Part shown: piece by piece, positions 9,894 to 19,669 of the stretch
How the letters are laid out: every line of letters begins with the position of its first letter
How positions within the stretch are numbered: position 1 is the first letter of the stretch
Source of the DNA: an uncultured Coriobacteriales bacterium
Lineage (GTDB): Bacteria > Actinomycetota > Coriobacteriia > Coriobacteriales > Eggerthellaceae
DNA length: 64,000 nt
Assembly: GCA_946892075.1 (NCBI GenBank)
Contig: CAMPNZ010000001.1
Location: forward strand, 1,257-65,256
Reading direction: 5' to 3'
Notes under the pieces: model-generated
What the model was told of the DNA's origin: nothing
Databases searched by the model: none
What the model saw: only the letters and a program-made list of their open reading frames with translations
Program-made: the position numbers and the translations under genes

Positions 9894-10273
9894 ACGCTTG
9901 TTTAGCTGGAGAAATGCGGCGCGCTGCTGGGTGTGCCGCTTGTTGCTTTGCGCCTGTCGTGTGTGCCCGTCGTGCGCGCCTTGCGTGTTGCGCCTGTCGT
10001 GCGTGCCGCATACGATTACCTGCACATAGTTTTGCTCTTGGTTCATAAAAACCGCTTTTTGATTACCTATTACCGTTTCATGTGCGCATCTTTCGCGCGT
10101 TCATTGGTTCCATTCATTCCGCTTTGTAATATTTCTAACTACCTTGCTTCGTTCTGTTTCCGTTTCGCCTACCTTCCTTGCTGCGTTTTGTTTTCGCTTC
10201 CGTTCACTAAAGATAATCAACACAATGTTTAATATTTTTTCATGCTCCGTGTATCTTTTTCAGAAAAGAGCGG

Positions 10274-10279
10274 TAGAAT
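10274..10279 (+). promoter_or_regulatory. candidate -10 hexamer (TAGAAT) in the long AT-rich leader upstream of the TetR gene; nearby inverted motifs CTGCGCACAG (10311-10320) and TGTGCGCAG (10390-10398), plus GCATATGC palindrome
   Basis: sequence inspection only. Confidence 0.2.
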
Positions 10280-10431
10280 TATAGCTGTACAGCCGCGCAT
10301 ACGCATGCTTCTGCGCACAGCATACCTGCGCGTTCTACCGTTTCGTAAAACGCAAAAATCGTACATTGTAGTGCGCATATGCAAGAATGTGTGCGCAGCA
10401 ACTTTTCCTGACATAAGGAGCGTGCTTAATA

Positions 10432-11283
10432 ATGCCACACAACGCAAGCCCCGCCAGCAACACCAACGGCGCTGCAACCGAATCTTCCAACTCCTTTCCA
10501 GAAAACGACACTGTGTACAGGAGCGCGTCCGATCCTGTGAATGGCACCGCACCCGCAAGTAGCGACACAGCTGCGTCCGTGTCCGAGCCCACACCCGCTC
10601 CCACACCCGAACCCGGCACCGCGTCCGAGCCTGCGAACCACTCCCAGTACGCACTCGAAAGTGAGTTCCTTGCGGAAAGCGATGTTCCTCTTGATAGGCG
10701 CATCGCGAAATCGCGCGAGGCGCTGCGCTGCGCGTTCATCAGCCTTTTGCAAGAGCAGGGTTTTGACGCCATTACCATCAACGATTTATGCGCCACCGCT
10801 GGCATCAATCGAACGACGTTTTACAACCATTTCAAAGACAAAGATCAGCTGCTTTCGTATTTTGAGCAGGACGTTTTGAAGCGCCTTGAGGCGTTTCAGC
10901 CGCGCATTGCAAGCCTTGGCGTGGCCGAACTGTTCGCGTGTTCGTTAACCAAGCGTCCGCCCCGCGCGCTTATCGACCTGTTTGCCCTGTTGGGAAGCGA
11001 GGGCGATCTGCTGTATGCGCTGCTTGGCGACGGGGGCGACCCGGCATTTGCGCGCGCGTTAAACGAGGTGGTGTGCGTGAACATTGTGCGTTCCGTTCTG
11101 CACAAAAAATACCGCGAACACCCCAGCGTTTTCGTAGAGTATTACATTTCTTTTTATGCAACGGCGTATTTGGGCGTCATTACGCGCTGGATTTTAACGG
11201 GGCGGCGCGAAAGTGCCGAAGAAATGGCGCGCATCTGCATGCGACTTTTGTTCATTCGACCTGGTGAATCGATACGATTGTAA
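10432..11283 (+). CDS. TetR/AcrR-family transcriptional regulator with about 85-aa low-complexity N-terminal extension
   Basis: TetR HTH pattern (EQGFDAITINDLCATAGINRTTFYNHFKDKDQLL); start is uncertain, as the ATG at 10432 gives a Pro/Ala/Ser/Thr-rich N-terminus. Confidence 0.7.
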   Translation: MPHNASPASNTNGAATESSNSFPENDTVYRSASDPVNGTAPASSDTAASVSEPTPAPTPEPGTASEPANHSQYALESEFLAESDVPLDRRIAKSREALRCAFISLLQEQGFDAITINDLCATAGINRTTFYNHFKDKDQLLSYFEQDVLKRLEAFQPRIASLGVAELFACSLTKRPPRALIDLFALLGSEGDLLYALLGDGGDPAFARALNEVVCVNIVRSVLHKKYREHPSVFVEYYISFYATAYLGVITRWILTGRRESAEEMARICMRLLFIRPGESIRL

Positions 11284-11325
11284 GCGTTTCATTCACACGA
11301 GATGAAATCAGACGAGATGAATTGA

Positions 11326-14300
11326 ATGTACTACCTTGGAATTGACATAGGCTCCACGACGGTAAAGCTTGCGGTGTTAAACGAGCAGCATAAGCTGCTG
11401 TACGCAACCTACGAGCGCCACCATAGCGACGTGCGCGCCACGTTGACGCAGGTCATCGAAACGGCCGCCGCGCGTTTCCCCGGCAAAACCATGACCATTG
11501 CCATTACGGGCTCGGGTGGATTGCTGCTGGCAAACTGGCTGCACGTGACCTTTGTTCAGGAGGTTATTGCGTCCAAAGAAGCAGTTGAAGCGTTCATTCC
11601 GCAAACTGACGCCTGCATCGAGCTGGGCGGCGAAGACGCGAAGATTATCTTTTTCGACCAGAGCATCGAGCAGCGCATGAACGGACAATGCGCAGGTGGA
11701 ACGGGTGCGTTCATCGATCAAATGGCAAGTTTGCTTGACACTGACGCCACGGGCCTCAATGAGCTGGCGAAATCGTGCGAAACGCTGTATCCCATTGCGT
11801 CGCGCTGCGGCGTGTTCGCGAAAACCGACGTGCAGCCGCTGCTTAACGAAGGCGCACGTAAAGAAGACATTGCGGCGTCTATTTTTCAGGCGGTGGTAAC
11901 GCAAACCATCGCCGGTCTTGCGTGCGGCCGACCCATCAAAGGCTATGTGGCGTTTTTAGGCGGGCCTCTTCAATACTTGTCTGAACTGCGGAAACGCTTC
12001 ATTGTGACGCTGCAACTTAACGACGAACACACGCTTGTTCCCCCCAATGCGCATCTGTTTGTGGCGCAGGGTTGTGCGGTTGCGGGTTATACGTGCGACC
12101 AGCCGCATTTAGAGACGCTTGAAAGTTTGCTTGCGCGCTTGAAAACCTTGGGCGCGCAGCAGGGAAGTGAAGTGCAGCGCTTGCCTGCTTTGTTTGAAAC
12201 GCCTGATGATTATGCACGTTTCAAGCGTCGCCACGATGCGCAGTGCGTTCCGCGTGGCGATATTGCGCATGCGAAAGGTGCGCTGTTTTTGGGGCTTGAT
12301 GCTGGCTCAACCACGTTCAAGGTGGCGCTGATTGACGGCGACGCGCGCGTGTTGTGGTCGTTTTATAAAAGCAACAAAGGCGAAGTAATCGGCTCGGCGA
12401 AAGAGGCGTTGCACCAGTTGTATGCCGCAATTCCGCAAGGTTCGTTCATCGGGCACGCCACGGTAACAGGCTATGGCGAAGCGCTGTTGCTGCAAGCCTT
12501 GCGCGTCGATTCGGGCGAAATTGAAACCGTTGCGCATTTGCGCGGCGCACAAGAGCTGTTGCCGCAGGTAGATTTCATTTTGGACATCGGCGGGCAAGAC
12601 ATGAAGTGCCTGCGTATTCGCAACGGCGCGATTGACTCCATTATGTTGAACGAGGCCTGCTCATCGGGCTGTGGAAGCTTTATCGAAAGTTTTGCGGCCG
12701 GTTTGGGCATTCCGATTGCCAATTTTGCGCAGACTGCTATTCAGGCACGTCAGCCTGTGGATTTGGGCTCGCGTTGCACCGTGTTTATGAATTCGCGCGT
12801 GAAGCAAGCGCAAAAAGAAGGCGCAACCGTGGGCGATATTGCTGCCGGTTTAGCGCTTGCCGTTATTAAGAACGCCCTGTTCAAGGTCATAAAAATTCGC
12901 GATGCTCACGATGTGGGAACCTGCGGTATTGTGCAAGGCGGCACCTTTTTGAATGATGCGGTGCTGCGCGCGTTTGAACAGTTAGCGCAGGTAGATGCGT
13001 TTCGTCCCGACATGGCAGGCAATATGGGCGCCTATGGCGCGGCGCTTTTGGCGCGCGATAGGTACCGCAAGCAGTGCGAACGCGTTTCCGCGGGTGGTGG
13101 CGCGGAAGCGGGAACGGGCACGGGAGTGGTTGCGGTTGGCGCGCAACCAGCATCGCAACCAGCTGAAACGCAGCCCACCGCTGCGCCATTTTCTGCTCCT
13201 TCACCTGTACAAACGCCTGCAACCGCCACGGCGGCCTCCGCGGGTGGTGGCGTCCGTTCAACCATTGTAAGCGCCAAGGAAATTGACAGCATCAATCCAA
13301 CACATAAAACAACACGGTGTGGATTATGTTCCAATAACTGCCTTCTTACCATTAACTCGTTTGGACGCGATCCGCTTACCGGCAAAACGCGCCGCTTCAT
13401 TACGGGCAACCGATGCGAGCGCGGAGCTGGGCATTCAGGCAAAAATCATCGCAGCATTCCCAACGTGTTCGCGTACAAAAACAAGCGCCTGTTTTCCTAC
13501 AAACCGCTTGACGACGCCGATGCGCCCCGCGGCACCGTTGGCATTCCGCGTGCACTGAACATGTACGAAAACTACCCATTTTGGTTCACATTTTTTACGT
13601 CGTTGAAGTTTCGCGTAGAGCTTTCGGATAATTCGTCGAAGGAGCTATTTTCATCGGGAATTGAATCGATGCCTTCAGAATCGGTGTGTTATCCTGCGAA
13701 AATGGCGCATGGGCACGTGATGAATTTGCTGGCGCGCCACCCCGATTTCATTTGGATGCCGTGCTCGAAGTGGGAGCGCCAAGAAGATGCGGGCGCGGGC
13801 AATCACTATAATTGCCCCATTGTTGCCAGCTATTCCGAGGCCTTGCGCTTGAACATCGATCAGCTTAACAGCGCTGATACCGCGTTTTTGAACCCGTGGA
13901 TTCCCTACGACAAGAAAGACTATCTGAAAGAACGCCTGTTCATTGAGCTGTGCCAGCATAACGCCCAGGTGGTAGGCCGCCATGCTGCCCTGCCAACGCG
14001 CTCCGAGATAGATGCTGCCGTTGAGCGCGCCTGGGACGAGGATGAAGCGTTTAAGCGCGACATTCGCACGAAAGGCCAAGAAACGCTTATGTGGATGCAG
14101 CAAACGGGAACGCATGGCATTGTTTTGGCTGGTCGTCCGTATCATAACGACCCGGAAATCAACCACAGCATTCCCGAATTGCTCACATCGTTTGGCTTGG
14201 CGGTGCTGACGGAAGATTCAGTGGCTCATCTGGGCGTATTGGAGCGTCCCATCCGCCTTGTTGATCAGTGGATGTATCATACGCGTCTGTATGCGGCAGC

Positions 14301-15513
14301 AAAAGTGGTAACGCAGCGCAACGACCTAGACCTTATTCAGCTGAACAGTTTTGGATGCGGGCTTGATGCGCTTACCTGCGATCAAGTGCAAGAAATTTTG
14401 GAAGCTGCGGGGAAAGTGTACACGGTGCTGAAAATCGACGAAGTGTCGAATTTGGGTGCAGCGCGTATTCGTGTGCGCTCGCTACTGGCGGCTTTGCGCG
14501 ATAAACGGGAACGTGAGCAGGAGAAACATCACCGTGATCCGCGGGCACAAGAACGGCAAGGGGAACAGCGTGCGCAGGAAGGCGGCAGCCAGGAACGCGG
14601 CCCGCAGGAAGCCCGCCCACAGGAACTCAGCAGCCAGGAACTGCAAGGCTTACGGCACCAGCATGGCCAGCTTCGCACGCCAAGCGAAGCACGTTTGCAG
14701 ATTGTCGATTCGTTCATTCTTGTGCCTCCCAATGACATTGATGAGAACGTTCCCGCGCCAGGTGCAAGCTCCGCGCACGCTGTTTCTGCACGTGTAAACG
14801 CCGCATCAGCCGCCGCGGCGCCAGCCGTATCAGCCGCCTCGACATCATCCGCTCCCAACGCCGCATCAGCAGCCTCGACACCAGCCGCTCCCAACGCCGC
14901 ATCGGTGCTATCTTCCCAGGTGTCATGCTGCAAAGCTCCAGTTCACGCAAGCGAAAAAGCCGATCTGTACGTGCAAGACTTCTTCACTCAGCGCGCCTCG
15001 TCCTCAACCGCTTTCCAGCGCGTCCAATTCACGCAGCGCATGCGCGAGGAAGGCTGGACCATCCTTGCACCGCAGATGGCGCCCATCCATTTTGAAATTC
15101 TTGCCGAAGCGTTCCACCGTTTTGGTTACAACGTCGAGCTTTTGCCCAGCGTCGATCCGAAAGCAACCGAAATTGGCTTGAAATACGTAAACAACGACAT
15201 TTGCTACCCGTCAATTTTGGTAACGGGCCAGATTATGGAGGCCGTGCTGTCGGGGCGCTACGACACCAACAAACTTGCCGTGGTTATTTCGCAAACGGGC
15301 GGCGGATGCCGCGCCACGAACTACATTTCGCTTATTCGTAAAGCGCTTAAAGCCGCAGGTCTGGCGCACATCCCCGTGATTTCGCTGTCAACGGCGAAGC
15401 TGGGCGAAAGCAACCCCGGCTTCAAGCTAAGCGCTGCCATGCTTATGCAGGCCGTGTATGCGTTTTTGTATGGTGACCTTCTGATGCAGTGCCTGTACCG
15501 CACGCGCCCGTAG
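11326..15513 (+). CDS. CoA-substrate-specific enzyme activase (tandem BadF/BadG/BcrA/BcrD-type ATPase domains) fused to a 2-hydroxyacyl-CoA-dehydratase-like domain; N-terminal 1,395 codons, ending at an in-frame TAG
   Basis: two acetate/sugar-kinase-fold ATPase cores (MYYLGIDIGSTTVKLAV... and ALFLGLDAGSTTFKVALIDG...) followed by Cys-rich dehydratase-like region (CGLCSNNCLL...); same frame continues after TAG 15511-15513. Confidence 0.8.
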   Translation: MYYLGIDIGSTTVKLAVLNEQHKLLYATYERHHSDVRATLTQVIETAAARFPGKTMTIAITGSGGLLLANWLHVTFVQEVIASKEAVEAFIPQTDACIELGGEDAKIIFFDQSIEQRMNGQCAGGTGAFIDQMASLLDTDATGLNELAKSCETLYPIASRCGVFAKTDVQPLLNEGARKEDIAASIFQAVVTQTIAGLACGRPIKGYVAFLGGPLQYLSELRKRFIVTLQLNDEHTLVPPNAHLFVAQGCAVAGYTCDQPHLETLESLLARLKTLGAQQGSEVQRLPALFETPDDYARFKRRHDAQCVPRGDIAHAKGALFLGLDAGSTTFKVALIDGDARVLWSFYKSNKGEVIGSAKEALHQLYAAIPQGSFIGHATVTGYGEALLLQALRVDSGEIETVAHLRGAQELLPQVDFILDIGGQDMKCLRIRNGAIDSIMLNEACSSGCGSFIESFAAGLGIPIANFAQTAIQARQPVDLGSRCTVFMNSRVKQAQKEGATVGDIAAGLALAVIKNALFKVIKIRDAHDVGTCGIVQGGTFLNDAVLRAFEQLAQVDAFRPDMAGNMGAYGAALLARDRYRKQCERVSAGGGAEAGTGTGVVAVGAQPASQPAETQPTAAPFSAPSPVQTPATATAASAGGGVRSTIVSAKEIDSINPTHKTTRCGLCSNNCLLTINSFGRDPLTGKTRRFITGNRCERGAGHSGKNHRSIPNVFAYKNKRLFSYKPLDDADAPRGTVGIPRALNMYENYPFWFTFFTSLKFRVELSDNSSKELFSSGIESMPSESVCYPAKMAHGHVMNLLARHPDFIWMPCSKWERQEDAGAGNHYNCPIVASYSEALRLNIDQLNSADTAFLNPWIPYDKKDYLKERLFIELCQHNAQVVGRHAALPTRSEIDAAVERAWDEDEAFKRDIRTKGQETLMWMQQTGTHGIVLAGRPYHNDPEINHSIPELLTSFGLAVLTEDSVAHLGVLERPIRLVDQWMYHTRLYAAAKVVTQRNDLDLIQLNSFGCGLDALTCDQVQEILEAAGKVYTVLKIDEVSNLGAARIRVRSLLAALRDKREREQEKHHRDPRAQERQGEQRAQEGGSQERGPQEARPQELSSQELQGLRHQHGQLRTPSEARLQIVDSFILVPPNDIDENVPAPGASSAHAVSARVNAASAAAAPAVSAASTSSAPNAASAASTPAAPNAASVLSSQVSCCKAPVHASEKADLYVQDFFTQRASSSTAFQRVQFTQRMREEGWTILAPQMAPIHFEILAEAFHRFGYNVELLPSVDPKATEIGLKYVNNDICYPSILVTGQIMEAVLSGRYDTNKLAVVISQTGGGCRATNYISLIRKALKAAGLAHIPVISLSTAKLGESNPGFKLSAAMLMQAVYAFLYGDLLMQCLYRTRP

Positions 15514-15555
15514 GAAGCTGAAAAAGGGGCTTCCTACCAGCTGTTTCGTCGTTAC

Positions 15556-16272
15556 ATGGAAAGGTGCAAATCGCAGATGCGCGAAGGCTTGCGCTATGCG
15601 CATTTCGTGCGAACCTGCCGTTGCATCGTACGCGATTTTGATGCGCTGCCCCTGGTAAACGACCAGTCGAAGCCGCGCGTTGGCGTGGTTGGAGAAATTC
15701 TTGTGAAGTTTCACCCAACAGCAAACAACAATGTTGTGGATGTTATCGAAGCACAAGGCTGCGAGGCGCGCGTGCCAGGAATTGTTGAGTTTTTCCTGTT
15801 CGGAATTGCGGGCGCCATTTTCCAGCGCAAGCCACTTGGGCGTTCCCGCAAAGGCGAGCTGGGCTCTCGCGTGGCACTTGCGGTGTTGCAAGCTCTGCGT
15901 GCGCCTGTGAACAGGGCGCTTCACAAATCGCAGCGCTTCGAGCCGCCCGCTACCATTTACACGATGGGCTCGTATGCGTCCAACATTCTTAGCTTGTGCA
16001 ATTCGATGGGTGAGGGCTGGCTTTTAACTGCTGAAATGGTGGAACTTATCAAAAACGGCACGCCGAACATTATTTGCGCGCAGCCTTTCGCATGCTTGCC
16101 GAACCACGTTGTGGGCAAGGCGGTCATCAAACAGTTGCGCACAATGTATCCGCTGAGCAACATCGTTGCCATCGACTACGACCCCGGTTCCTCGGAAGTA
16201 AACCAGCTGAACCGCATAAAACTGATGATTTCGGTGGCAAAATCGAACGCGCGCAAAAAATCGCACCGCTAA
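15556..16272 (+). CDS. C-terminal continuation (238 codons) of the activase/dehydratase-like fusion, same frame as 11326..15513
   Basis: reading frame identical to the upstream part (both frame 1) and only a single TAG separates them. Confidence 0.7.
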   Translation: MERCKSQMREGLRYAHFVRTCRCIVRDFDALPLVNDQSKPRVGVVGEILVKFHPTANNNVVDVIEAQGCEARVPGIVEFFLFGIAGAIFQRKPLGRSRKGELGSRVALAVLQALRAPVNRALHKSQRFEPPATIYTMGSYASNILSLCNSMGEGWLLTAEMVELIKNGTPNIICAQPFACLPNHVVGKAVIKQLRTMYPLSNIVAIDYDPGSSEVNQLNRIKLMISVAKSNARKKSHR

Positions 16273-16396
16273 GCATGCGTTTTGCGTGGGCAAATGATGA
16301 TACAATACGTTTCGTTCACGTGGTTCAATGTTGTTCAGCGGCGCGTGCTTGCGGGGAACGCTGAACGGATAGTGAACGAATATCGAAAGGAATGGT

Positions 16397-16891
16397 ATGC
16401 ACTCCCTTGAACTTTTGCCTCGTAGCGGCGATATTATGCTGGCGCTCGGAATTGTCGTTGTTCTTGTTGCATTTATTGCGCTGCTGGTAATTTCGCGCAT
16501 TCGTAAGCGTTCAGCCGATCGCCTTAACGATAAATTCAGCCGCGAGGAGTTATTAAACGCGGCACATTATAAATCGCAAGCCTCGTATCAAGCCAGTTCA
16601 GAAGCTAGAAAAGTCTCTGGAATTGCCGACGGTCCGTCGCGTGACGACACGTCTTTATTGGGCGACGAATTGGGATTGAACGCTCGCCAGCCCGCTGCCC
16701 GCACGGTGCGACCGAACGCTCCGCGTACGGCGCCCGACCAGCTGCGTCGCGCATCGCAAAACGCACCGCGCACGGCACCGCAAGCACCTGCGCATCGGAC
16801 ATATGGAGCCGCTCATCAGGAACAACAGCAGCCGCCCGCAGCGCCGCGCAAGGGCGACTCCAAGCATCGAGGCCGCCATGCTCGACCCTAA
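16397..16891 (+). CDS. hypothetical membrane-anchored protein with Pro/Ala-rich tail
   Basis: GAAAGGAA SD 4 nt before the ATG; one TM helix (LALGIVVVLVAFIALLVI); no recognisable domain. Confidence 0.4.
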   Translation: MHSLELLPRSGDIMLALGIVVVLVAFIALLVISRIRKRSADRLNDKFSREELLNAAHYKSQASYQASSEARKVSGIADGPSRDDTSLLGDELGLNARQPAARTVRPNAPRTAPDQLRRASQNAPRTAPQAPAHRTYGAAHQEQQQPPAAPRKGDSKHRGRHARP

Positions 16892-17807
16892 CAGCGCATG
16901 TCATAACAGCGCAGGTCAGCAGGAAGATCATGGACGGCTTGTTATATGCCCAACGCCTATTGGAAACTTGCGTGATATAACGCTCCGTACGCTTGATGCT
17001 CTTGCAAACTGCGATTATGTATGTGCTGAAGACACACGTGTTACTGCTAAGTTACTGAACGCATATAATATCTCAAAGCCTCTTATTCGTATGGACGAAA
17101 ATACTATCAAGCGTAAGGCGTCAGGTGTTATTGCTGATATACAAGCTGGTAAACAGGTATGTTATTGTTCGGATGCGGGTATGCCAGGCGTTTCTGACCC
17201 TGGTATTGCGCTGCTTGCGCTTGCGTATGAACAGCATGTTTCAGTATGTGTGCTACCGGGAGCAAGCGCGTCCATTACGGCGTTCGTTGCCAGCGCAAGC
17301 TCGTTTTCAAACTTCTATTTTGTAGGCTTTCCTCCACGTAAAAAAAGCGCCTTTCGAGAACTTCTTAATGCGTTGACCAATTTACCTGCGGCTATTATCT
17401 TTTATGAAAGTCCGCATCGTTTGATTGCTACGTTAGAACTGCTGGCTGAGGTATTTCCGCAGCGTAAGCTGTGTGTTTTACGAGAGCTTACCAAAGTGCA
17501 TGAAGAAGTGTATCGCGATTCAACTACAAGCGCTCTGGAGTATTTTTCGGCGCGTGCCCAGCAGGGTGGTATTCGTGGCGAGCTGGTGGTTGTTCTTGAC
17601 GGTGCACGGCACGAGGTATCACAAGAAGAAGCACAACGTTCACGTGAAGATGTGCGTACCTATTTAGAACAGTTAGCTCATGAGGGAATGTCGATGCGTG
17701 ACGCGCGCAAAAAGGCCGCTGAGAGCACGGATTTGCCGAAAAATGAAATCTACAATCTTGCGCTTGAAGTGTACGGAAAAAAATCGTGTCAAACTGCAAA
17801 ATCATAG
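16878..17807 (+). CDS. rsmI: 16S rRNA (cytidine1402-2'-O)-methyltransferase
   Basis: GRLVICPTPIGNLRDITLRTLDAL...CAEDTRVTAKLL tetrapyrrole-methylase-fold signature; start chosen as the ATG 14 codons before this motif; 14-nt overlap with upstream ORF. Confidence 0.8.
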   Translation: MLDPNSACHNSAGQQEDHGRLVICPTPIGNLRDITLRTLDALANCDYVCAEDTRVTAKLLNAYNISKPLIRMDENTIKRKASGVIADIQAGKQVCYCSDAGMPGVSDPGIALLALAYEQHVSVCVLPGASASITAFVASASSFSNFYFVGFPPRKKSAFRELLNALTNLPAAIIFYESPHRLIATLELLAEVFPQRKLCVLRELTKVHEEVYRDSTTSALEYFSARAQQGGIRGELVVVLDGARHEVSQEEAQRSREDVRTYLEQLAHEGMSMRDARKKAAESTDLPKNEIYNLALEVYGKKSCQTAKS

Positions 17808-17992
17808 ACGGCTGCGGGTATACGCGTGCACTGCTCCTTGCGTTTGTATCTGTGTTCGTGGCACGCGCGGGAAAACGGTGCATGCGGGGAACGTGGCAAC
17901 GTTTTAAGGTGTGCGTTTCGGTTTGCGCAAGGCACGCTTCGCACACGGCACGGTTCGCACAATGCTCCGCGCACTGGTTCGCTTAACGTTCG

Positions 17993-19321
17993 CTAAATGC
18001 GATTGATTTGATTTGATACTTTGTTATACCAATCTTCCCATGTGGGAGGGCAATATTTCTTTGCGGCGCGCAAGGTAAGCGTGTATCCGTAGCCGCGCGC
18101 TAAGCCAGCCACGTGCGCGTTAATCGCTTCATCCCACGACGACCAGCTACTATTTCCCCAGCCCCACGCGTTATGAGGGCGGAAACAGTGACGCCCTTGC
18201 GTGCTTTCAACCATCGATATGGCAGGCGAAAAACGCGGGTCAATGCCGTGACGCCACGCTGCACGGGCGAATGTTTCCCCATGTCCGCCAAGGGGCGACG
18301 AACCCAGGTACGCATTGATGCGCGCTCCCCATTGCTTTACGAACGCTTCTTCATCGCTGTTCCAATTTGCATGATCAGCCTTCACGCTTCCCGTAATGGC
18401 TGGCTTTGGCGCCGGCGCGGGAGCGGGCGCTGCTTGCGTTTGCGCAGGTGCTGGCTCTGGCTTCGCTTGCGGGTGGTTCGCCGAAATATTGGGCGTTCCT
18501 GGCAGCGCTTGAACCGTTTTCGCTACGTCTTGCCCAGACGAGTTTTGCTGCGCTTTCGCAAGCTCCTGAGCTTGGCGTTCCAGTTCTTCTTGCGCGCGTC
18601 GTTGTGCTTCCTTGCGCGCGTTTTGCGCTTCCCGAAGTGCGCTTTCAGCCTGTTGGGCGCCCAGCGTTGCCTCTTTTTCGTGCGTGTTAAGTTCCATGCG
18701 CGCGTTCGTAATGCGCTCACGCATCGTTTTAAGCGTGTTCAGCTCGGTAAAATTTTTCTTCGTTATTTTTATAATGTAGGTAAATTGGAAAATAAATTGC
18801 GAGAAATTGTGCGAATCAAGCAGCATCGAAAGAATCGACGAACTGTCGCTTTGAATTTTATACAGCGAATGAGCGGCGTGTTGTCCGCGTTTTTCCTGCA
18901 AGGGAAGTGCGTCGTTGATGCGCTGAATTTCCTGCTCGTTTTCGCGAATTTCCTGCTTAATACGCGCAAGTTTACCTTTGGCAGCTTCGTAGGTTTGCGA
19001 GCTTTCCTCGATTTTCTTTTGCAGCTCGTCAAGCATGTTATCGGTGGACGGCGTGTCGGCGTACGCATAGGAAACCGCAGGTAGAAGGCTTGTTTGGTGA
19101 ACACCGCCCGCAAGGTTTACGCTGCGGGCGCCACCCGCAAGGTTCGCACACGACAAACTAAGCGCCAGCGCGCAACATAAGCCTGCTCGCGCGCACCATC
19201 GAGACAGCGATGTATGCCGCACCCGTTCCTTCGACTTGCAAGCACGTTTCATAGCGCTTTGGCAACAGTCGATTGTTATGCCTGTCTGTTTACGAAATAG
19301 TCCCATAAATGAGCGCTTCAT
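17993..19321 (-). CDS. secreted coiled-coil protein with C-terminal lysozyme-like/glucosaminidase-like peptidoglycan hydrolase domain (putative)
   Basis: AAGAGGTG SD before the ATG at 19321 (alternative start 19252); hydrophobic signal-like segment; long Ala/Glu/Gln coiled coil; C-terminus ISMVESTQGRHCFRPHNAWGWG...W resembles the glucosaminidase fold. Confidence 0.45.
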   Translation of the reverse strand: MKRSFMGLFRKQTGITIDCCQSAMKRACKSKERVRHTSLSRWCARAGLCCALALSLSCANLAGGARSVNLAGGVHQTSLLPAVSYAYADTPSTDNMLDELQKKIEESSQTYEAAKGKLARIKQEIRENEQEIQRINDALPLQEKRGQHAAHSLYKIQSDSSSILSMLLDSHNFSQFIFQFTYIIKITKKNFTELNTLKTMRERITNARMELNTHEKEATLGAQQAESALREAQNARKEAQRRAQEELERQAQELAKAQQNSSGQDVAKTVQALPGTPNISANHPQAKPEPAPAQTQAAPAPAPAPKPAITGSVKADHANWNSDEEAFVKQWGARINAYLGSSPLGGHGETFARAAWRHGIDPRFSPAISMVESTQGRHCFRPHNAWGWGNSSWSSWDEAINAHVAGLARGYGYTLTLRAAKKYCPPTWEDWYNKVSNQINRI

Positions 19322-19669
19322 ACACCTCTTTTCAACCCCCCGCGTGTGTTGTGTTTCAATCACTCTATTATATCGAGAAACGCCTCAAGCTCCAAAACCA
19401 CGCCCCGCCGCGCCCTGCGCTCTACAAAACGCCTGTTCAGAAAATTGCTAATGTGTAGATTTTGTTTACACGTTCCTGCGCAAAAACCCGCGCCACCCGT
19501 TCCCGCTCACCAAAAACGCAAGATGAAATGCGCGATTTCTGCCTCAATTACGTGCACAAATTGCGAAGATGCGGCCGTGCGCCCGCGCGTGTACGTGTAT
19601 ACTTGACACTACATAAACAAATACCCAAACGCGGAAATTATCAAACGCGGCATATCAAAGGATTTTCAA

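Noticed and set aside
15511-15513. TAG as pyrrolysine codon in the activase gene
   Set aside because: TAG is used as an ordinary stop for many genes in the window (P-type ATPase, murA, rsmI, rsmA, tadB), so there is no sign of amber depletion. The enzyme family is not known to use Pyl, and no pyl genes were seen.
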